Below are positions 26,591-32,314 of a DNA stretch of 32,314 nucleotides, piece by piece. Every line of letters starts with the position of its first letter. Within the stretch, counting starts at the first letter, position 1. Below the pieces are notes generated by a model, which was not told where the DNA came from, made no database searches, and saw nothing but the letters and a program-made list of their open reading frames with translations. The DNA is from a virus (Duplodnaviria; Caudoviricetes). The stretch spans positions 1 to 32,314 of IMG/VR virus record IMGVR_UViG_3300017774_005106, one strand, 5' to 3'. The position numbers and the translations under genes were made by a program.

Positions 26591-29500
26591 CTATTGACTT
26601 CTAAATGTTCCACCTTGCATTAGTGGAGTTGTTGTTAACACAGTACCTCCGACTGTTATTATTGTTACTACTGGACCATTGTCGATAGTATCTGGACTAT
26701 CTACATTGTAATCAAGTGATGTCATTTTACAACCCTCGTACCTTGCATTAATCATTCCTCTTGATGATATTAAATGATGATCTTGTACTTGAGCTCTGTA
26801 GTTTAGTGGTTCTACTTTTAACTTTTTAATTTTAATAGATTGTACGCTTGTCCATCCGGTTTTTTGTACAGCCACCCCTAGCTCGGTTCCTATAGCTTTT
26901 GTTACAAAAGTAAATGTTTCATCAGAAAGTGGGCTTAATGCAATGCTTTGTGTTAGTGGTGAATCGAATCCGCCAAAAGACAATATAAGAGTTGGATTTC
27001 CAGCAGATGGTCCAATAAACTCCGTAGTGATTGTTACTCGATATAAGTAGTCATGTGTGTGTGTGTCTGCTGGTTCATACATAAAAGCGTCTAGTGCAAA
27101 TGACCCAGTACGTTCTGCAGAGTGTACATCGTATGGTTTAAAATAAAATCCATTTACAGGATCTATCGCCCAATAAACTGATGTATTAAATGTAGTGACT
27201 GGAAAAGTGCTGTTGGTTGTGCCTGCTAATCTTAAACCAAACCTATCAGTTAATGGATGCAAATCTACTGCTTGTGATGATGAAAACTCAACAGAGGCAG
27301 TGAATGCTCGTTGGCCAGTGAATAGACGGTCGTAGTATATATTTCGATCGTACATTTCTCTTCCTGGTGCAAATTGTGAACTATATGTATTTAATAATAT
27401 ACTCGGTTGAACAGCTTCGTACTCATCATATCTACTTGCTGTCACTTGGGTGAGTATTCTAGGGTTACTTCCACTTGAAGCGTATGTCATATACACATAG
27501 CGAGATCCTAAATATCGTGAATTCCAACCAGCACCATTTACACCTAAGTCAATTGTTCCATCAACTTCTTCAAACTGCTCTCCTGCTGCTAATGCAGATC
27601 CCATATCAATTCCGTCTACATTCAGTGGTATAATATCTTGTCCTGAGCCTTGTAAGGTTAGATAATCAGTTGAGTGACCTTGAATAACCGCTTCTTGTAC
27701 ATAGTCTGTAAGTGGATAGGTTGTTGGATCTTCTACTTTACCGGAGGTTACTGTTATTATTTCTGGAAGTATGATCGATCCGGTGTAGGTATCGTTAGAT
27801 ATTGTTGGATGCTTTATGTTTATCTTACTTCGTTCTAATATAGTTGGTTCAATAACTAAACCTACTTGTGTGTTTGCTCTATATGGAACAAAGCGTTTTA
27901 GCAACTGGAAGAGAGCAGCATTGTAGTGTTGTAGTATTCTTGAGTATTGATTTGGTCTATTTAAGTCTGTGTATTTTTTTGAATACTCTCGCTGCAATTG
28001 CATTAAGTTTGGATAATTATCTAACTCTAAATTAGTTGGATCTCCTATAAAATCGTCAATACTAAGTCCACCAAACTGCTCTGCAATATCTTCATTAATT
28101 TCATTGCTAGGTGATAGATATACACCTAGTCTAGGACTATCAATCGGATAGTTATCTGTTAAAGGCTTTTCTGATCGAGCATCAACATACAGCTGATTGC
28201 TCACTGTCACTGTGCTATCTATGCGTATCTTATTACTTATGCTTCTATTTGCTCCCAGATCTGGCCACTCTAATGAGTTTTCTTCAATAACAGATTCGTA
28301 AGTCGAGCTTGTAAAATTATAAAATGCAGCTGCTGGCATTGAAGTGCTCTGATCAGGGTGTTGTGATATGTAGCTGCTGGTGGTTGGGTAGTATAAATCT
28401 ATTGTCTTTTTGCTATCTGATCCAAGGGCTAGTCGGTAAGCTAGTGTTGCAAAACTTGATGTGCTACCAGTAAATACACCATCTGTGTTTCCTTGGAAGC
28501 TAGTTGGTGTTAGTGTGTGGTTGTTTAATATGTCGTCAGTCAATGCCGAAGCCCAATATCTAAACTCCTGCACACTTCCAGACAATACGTCCATGGAATG
28601 TGATTGCGCAATAGTAAAAGATCCACTACCTGGTATCCACAAATATCCTGGAGTTGTAAATGTACTATTATAAGAAGAGCTAGTTGTCCCGTTTATGCTT
28701 AATGACGCTGTTTCTGTTGTAACAACTTTTAAGTAATTTGTTTGTTTAGCTATTAATGTATAGGTTTGAGTTGCTGCTGGACTGTCTGTTTTAAATTCCC
28801 GACGTACAGCAATGCTATGCCATCTATTATCGTAGATTGAGGAGCTAACACTGGCTGTTGCCCATCCTTGACTACCACTAATAAACAGTCCCATGTAATT
28901 ATAACCACCGCTTACAAACGCACGAACCCGCCATTGATTTGGCACCTCAAAGATTGTTTGATCTTTTGTTTGATTTGCAACCATTTTTACCCGTAACTCA
29001 GTCGTTTCAGGAAATAATCCACTTTGCGACAAAGCTTGCCATGGTATTTGAATTGATTGATTTGGATTAGGAACGGCTGCAACTGCAGGAGCTCCTCCGT
29101 ATGTTGTTGCTCCGTAAACGCCATTACCGTATGCATATCCAAAACCGTACGCTCCTACTCCATAGGCACCTGCTCCGTATAATGCTCCTGCAGGTAATCC
29201 GTATAATCCACTACCATATAATCCACTACCATATCCACTAGCAGTAGATCCACTAATCTGACCATTGTAACCTACCTTCAATGCGTAGTAAAAGCGGTTA
29301 AATGTTAAATCAGTTTTTGTATCAAAGTCAGCTTCGTGACCACCATATTCACGGATGCGTAATATTGTATCTGGAATACCAAAGCAATTTATTAATGCTC
29401 GTAAACCTCTTTCAGTTCCTTTTGTTTTTAGTAAGTATGGAAGGTTGTTAATGATCCGTTTCCAGATCTCCTTCATTGTGTCTTCGGTCGTTGTTTGATA

Positions 29501-31216
29501 AATTGTATTAACGCTTCCTGTTACATCGACTCCTAAAGCATAGCTCCATAAGTCGTCTAAGCTACTTCCGTTTTCAAACTCAAAACCAAGATTTTCGCCA
29601 ATTGTATATAATAGATCCTTACTTAATCCTTCTGAGATTGATTGATTGCGATCGTATTGTTTATTAATTTGTTGAATATATGGTAGTATATTATCAAAAT
29701 AATGACCTGCTACTTTTAATAGAGTTAAATAGTTTTCGTTACCTGCATCCTCTATTATATGTGTTGGTGTATTATTGCTTAGTGTTTTTGTATTTGATAC
29801 GTCATACAAACTAGCCGATGCTATAATACCTTCAAACCAATCAATTCCTTGTGAAGATGTAGTTGGTACATTAGTATACGGTTTTGTATTATTTGATTTA
29901 GGCCATGTTGTTTCATAAAATTCGCCAAAACTATTACTAATGTAACTAGCTGATTCATAATACAAGTATTTTTCATATGAATCAAAAGTTCCTATTACAG
30001 CGCTTCTTCTGCTTTGTGCTAAAACTAGATTATTTAGAAATGCAACACTACTGGTAGCTGATGAATTAGGAAGTCCATTAAGATCTACAGTGAGTTCTCT
30101 AATTCGTGTCTCAAAAGTTTCAATTTGTCTTAGCTTGTAATAAAAGCCTTGTAAGCGGGCTTCAGCAGAAGAGTAGTTTATGAAGTTTGAAAAATTACGG
30201 AAGTCTTGATTAATACTAATTCCTTCAGTAAAAGAACTACTTACTAGTTTTTCTTGAAGTTTAGACTTAACAGATTCGTTTGCTGTTAGTAAATCTTCTC
30301 TATCTTTGTATTCTGTAGAAATCTGAGTAGCTCGTCGTGCTATTGTGTCAAAGTTAGCTCCTGCAATACGTCTAACTGGTGGCGTTAAGTTGGGTGGTGT
30401 GAGTGTTGCTACTTGAACGTAGTCGTCGCTTACTTGTTGAGCTAACCACAAATCATCTCCAACTACTACGTTTGAGGATAATGGTGATCCTAACTTAAAT
30501 ATAATACTATAAGGCGATTCTGTTATTGTAAATTTATCTTGTATAAAATCGAAAACAGGAGCTGATACAACTTCGTCTTTAAATAAAAATAAATTTGTTA
30601 ATAGTTGGCTTTTTGGTATTTGAAAAATACCATTTTGAAAAAAGTCTAAAAAATTATCATTTGCAATGGTTAGCGAAGTTGCAGGTCGTACTCGGACCTC
30701 TAATCCATTGTAGCTAATTTCTTGTATTCGTAACTTGTGTCCGTCTCCGGATCCTAATATATTACGGTGAAAACGATATGTGTAATTATATCTTCCAGCT
30801 AGATAACCTAGTTGTTGTATATCTTGTTCTACATTTACAACAACCGTTGGCCCTTCGTTTAACTCTTTAAAAGAAAAGGAAGCTACACGATAGTTTGTGC
30901 CTAAATATGCATTATTAGCATTTAGTAAATCAAATCGAACTACATCATTAGGATATCTGTTAACTTCGTTTGAATAATATCCAAATCTTGCAACCGGTTG
31001 AGGTAGTTTTGGTGATGTTACTATTATACTTGTTACAGATTCACTGACTTCTCCTGTTTGTAAATTTCCTAGATTAATATTTCCTATAGGAATAGTAATT
31101 TGCTGTGGTTTGTTGTATGTCTGCGGCCCACCAGCTTGCATAGGTATTACAGTTTCAGGCTTTGGGTTAGCTGCAAATGCTTTGTTACCATTAATGTTTA
31201 TTCCGTAAGTAGCCAC
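26591..31216 (-). CDS. Large baseplate wedge-like protein
   Basis: 1541 aa, GTG start; IWKRIINNLPYLLKTKGTERGLRALINCFGIP resembles the KGT motif of P2 gpI/T4 gp7-type wedge proteins; LamG-like segment (WHSIAVRR...SGSVQEFRYWASAL); LLKRFVPYRA. Confidence 0.7.
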   Translation of the reverse strand: MATYGININGNKAFAANPKPETVIPMQAGGPQTYNKPQQITIPIGNINLGNLQTGEVSESVTSIIVTSPKLPQPVARFGYYSNEVNRYPNDVVRFDLLNANNAYLGTNYRVASFSFKELNEGPTVVVNVEQDIQQLGYLAGRYNYTYRFHRNILGSGDGHKLRIQEISYNGLEVRVRPATSLTIANDNFLDFFQNGIFQIPKSQLLTNLFLFKDEVVSAPVFDFIQDKFTITESPYSIIFKLGSPLSSNVVVGDDLWLAQQVSDDYVQVATLTPPNLTPPVRRIAGANFDTIARRATQISTEYKDREDLLTANESVKSKLQEKLVSSSFTEGISINQDFRNFSNFINYSSAEARLQGFYYKLRQIETFETRIRELTVDLNGLPNSSATSSVAFLNNLVLAQSRRSAVIGTFDSYEKYLYYESASYISNSFGEFYETTWPKSNNTKPYTNVPTTSSQGIDWFEGIIASASLYDVSNTKTLSNNTPTHIIEDAGNENYLTLLKVAGHYFDNILPYIQQINKQYDRNQSISEGLSKDLLYTIGENLGFEFENGSSLDDLWSYALGVDVTGSVNTIYQTTTEDTMKEIWKRIINNLPYLLKTKGTERGLRALINCFGIPDTILRIREYGGHEADFDTKTDLTFNRFYYALKVGYNGQISGSTASGYGSGLYGSGLYGLPAGALYGAGAYGVGAYGFGYAYGNGVYGATTYGGAPAVAAVPNPNQSIQIPWQALSQSGLFPETTELRVKMVANQTKDQTIFEVPNQWRVRAFVSGGYNYMGLFISGSQGWATASVSSSIYDNRWHSIAVRREFKTDSPAATQTYTLIAKQTNYLKVVTTETASLSINGTTSSSYNSTFTTPGYLWIPGSGSFTIAQSHSMDVLSGSVQEFRYWASALTDDILNNHTLTPTSFQGNTDGVFTGSTSSFATLAYRLALGSDSKKTIDLYYPTTSSYISQHPDQSTSMPAAAFYNFTSSTYESVIEENSLEWPDLGANRSISNKIRIDSTVTVSNQLYVDARSEKPLTDNYPIDSPRLGVYLSPSNEINEDIAEQFGGLSIDDFIGDPTNLELDNYPNLMQLQREYSKKYTDLNRPNQYSRILQHYNAALFQLLKRFVPYRANTQVGLVIEPTILERSKINIKHPTISNDTYTGSIILPEIITVTSGKVEDPTTYPLTDYVQEAVIQGHSTDYLTLQGSGQDIIPLNVDGIDMGSALAAGEQFEEVDGTIDLGVNGAGWNSRYLGSRYVYMTYASSGSNPRILTQVTASRYDEYEAVQPSILLNTYSSQFAPGREMYDRNIYYDRLFTGQRAFTASVEFSSSQAVDLHPLTDRFGLRLAGTTNSTFPVTTFNTSVYWAIDPVNGFYFKPYDVHSAERTGSFALDAFMYEPADTHTHDYLYRVTITTEFIGPSAGNPTLILSFGGFDSPLTQSIALSPLSDETFTFVTKAIGTELGVAVQKTGWTSVQSIKIKKLKVEPLNYRAQVQDHHLISSRGMINARYEGCKMTSLDYNVDSPDTIDNGPVVTIITVGGTVLTTTPLMQGGTFRSQ
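29093..29236 (-). repeat. Gly-Tyr pentapeptide repeat including an exact 15-bp duplication
   Basis: GYGSGLYGSGLYGLPAGALYGAGAYGVGAYGFGYAYGNGVYGATTYGG; tataatccactacca x2 at 29202-29231. Confidence 0.85.
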
Positions 31217-31226
31217 GTGTGTTTAG

Positions 31227-31234
31227 TATAAATA
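31227..31234 (-). promoter_or_regulatory. Putative late promoter TATTTATA
   Basis: Exact motif 10 nt before the GTG at 31216. Confidence 0.6.
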
Positions 31235-31246
31235 TACATCAAACTA

Positions 31247-32314
31247 TTATTCTATTAATGTTGGAGGAAGTGCTTGAGCACTTGCTGTATAGTATCCAGC
31301 TGGTACTTTAGTTCCTACTGGGCTTGAGGTTGGTCCATTTTCAATATCTTTGATTATATCATCTAATTGTTCTTTATCCTTATCGCTTAGAGGATCTAAA
31401 TCGGTGTTTATTACCGTATCTTGTGGCGTTATAAGTTTGTAAAAAAAGTTACCCGACTTAGCTGTACTCGTGTTATATGTGTTTAATATGCTGTGTGCAG
31501 CGTTTAATACAGAGGTTTGAGGAATGCTATAAGTTATGTGCTTTGTATTAGTATTGGATTGGTCTACGCCGGTAGGGTTGTACAGTATTGGTAGTAGTTG
31601 GTATTTCATTTTAGTAATTGCACACCTTGGCTCACGATAGCTGTGTAATGGATATCTTGTCTGCGCAGGTCTTCCTGTTAGCGGATCTGTACTACCTACA
31701 TTAAATAGTGAATTATAAATTTCATTGTTATTCCATCCTTTTGCTGTTGGATCTTCATCGCTAATAATTGCAGGTGATGTATTTTCTGTAGTAATCTCAA
31801 CTTCAACTAATCGGATGCCGGTTTGTAACATACGTCTTAATGATACTCCAAAAAAAGCACTAGCACCAGGATCTGTTAATGCTTTATACTTGTTACCCTC
31901 TAGTACTAAGTCTGTGTACCATATATCTCCGTTAAAGTTAGATTGAGGTTCCCATACCTCTGTAGGATACATTTTTCCACTTTTAATAAAACTTGAACCA
32001 TATCGGTTTAAGAAAAAAGCAACATTTCTATCTAATCCTGGATATTGTGCTGTTTGTTGTATGTTGTCAGGATGCATTGCGCTAATGCCAAAGAATGTAT
32101 CTTTATTTGCTTGCTTATTTGCTAAATCAAACTTAGCTTGTGCTTTGCCTGCTCTTCGTATTGATTCTGATGAAATTGCCCTATCTAGGTTCACTTGGTT
32201 AATAGCAATGTTCAGTTCGGTGGCTTGCAGTTCCTCTTGTGTAAAATTTCCCGATCCCAAATCAGATTGCAATATAATTCGTTTACCTTGTTCTACGTTA
32301 TATTCAAATAATGC
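31247..32314 (-). CDS. Probable virion structural protein, 3' part only
   Basis: The frame stays open from the track start at 32272 to the window edge (ALFEYNVEQGKRIILQSDLG...), so the true start is outside the window. Confidence 0.7.
   Translation of the reverse strand, partial: ALFEYNVEQGKRIILQSDLGSGNFTQEELQATELNIAINQVNLDRAISSESIRRAGKAQAKFDLANKQANKDTFFGISAMHPDNIQQTAQYPGLDRNVAFFLNRYGSSFIKSGKMYPTEVWEPQSNFNGDIWYTDLVLEGNKYKALTDPGASAFFGVSLRRMLQTGIRLVEVEITTENTSPAIISDEDPTAKGWNNNEIYNSLFNVGSTDPLTGRPAQTRYPLHSYREPRCAITKMKYQLLPILYNPTGVDQSNTNTKHITYSIPQTSVLNAAHSILNTYNTSTAKSGNFFYKLITPQDTVINTDLDPLSDKDKEQLDDIIKDIENGPTSSPVGTKVPAGYYTASAQALPPTLIE

Noticed and set aside
17227-26593. Stop-codon reassignment (TAG is rare and followed closely by TAA at 17227 and 26591)
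   Set aside because: Genes are full-length and tightly packed in the standard code with no in-frame TAG/TGA interruptions.
13221-31234. Plus-strand TATAAATA as canonical T4 late promoters
   Set aside because: No credible plus-strand genes downstream; spacing is consistent only with minus-strand starts. Antisense activity is not formally excluded.
416-31946. All plus-strand ORFs in the track (e.g. 416..715, 8675..9028, 15263..15523, 31725..31946)
   Set aside because: Short, lie antisense to long motif-bearing minus-strand genes, no recognisable motifs; shadow ORFs.
1-32314. CRISPR array, tRNA genes, DGR/reverse transcriptase, integrase or transposase
   Set aside because: No spaced direct repeats, cloverleafs or relevant catalytic motifs seen; intergenic gaps are mostly too short. 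By-eye inspection only.

Overview
AT-rich, densely coding segment of a large tailed dsDNA phage with a T4-type head module; all credible genes are on the minus strand, standard genetic code. In transcription order (right to left): baseplate/tail structural genes (21.8-32.3 kb); an inserted T7 endonuclease I-like resolvase, DNA primase and single-chain Mre11-Rad50 (gp47-gp46) fusion (17.2-21.8 kb); three more virion-type genes; an accessory block with an HxGH nucleotidyltransferase fused to a KxDG ligase-like domain, a Zn-finger protein and a ParB/Srx-domain protein with a TM helix; an overlapping membrane/coiled-coil gene pair; large terminase, portal, head-associated ORFs, gp21-type prohead protease and the start of a probable scaffold gene. 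Lack of clear Shine-Dalgarno motifs and a signal peptide ending before Gln suggest a Bacteroidota host (inference). Most interesting: (1) possible protease-matured, head-packaged enzyme polyproteins; (2) a recurrent TATTTATA motif upstream of structural genes, the reverse complement of the T4 late promoter; (3) [S/T]-[G/A/S/Q]-S tripeptides enriched in tail/baseplate proteins; (4) a two-state RNA structure in the scaffold leader. All family calls are motif recognition by eye; no searches were run.
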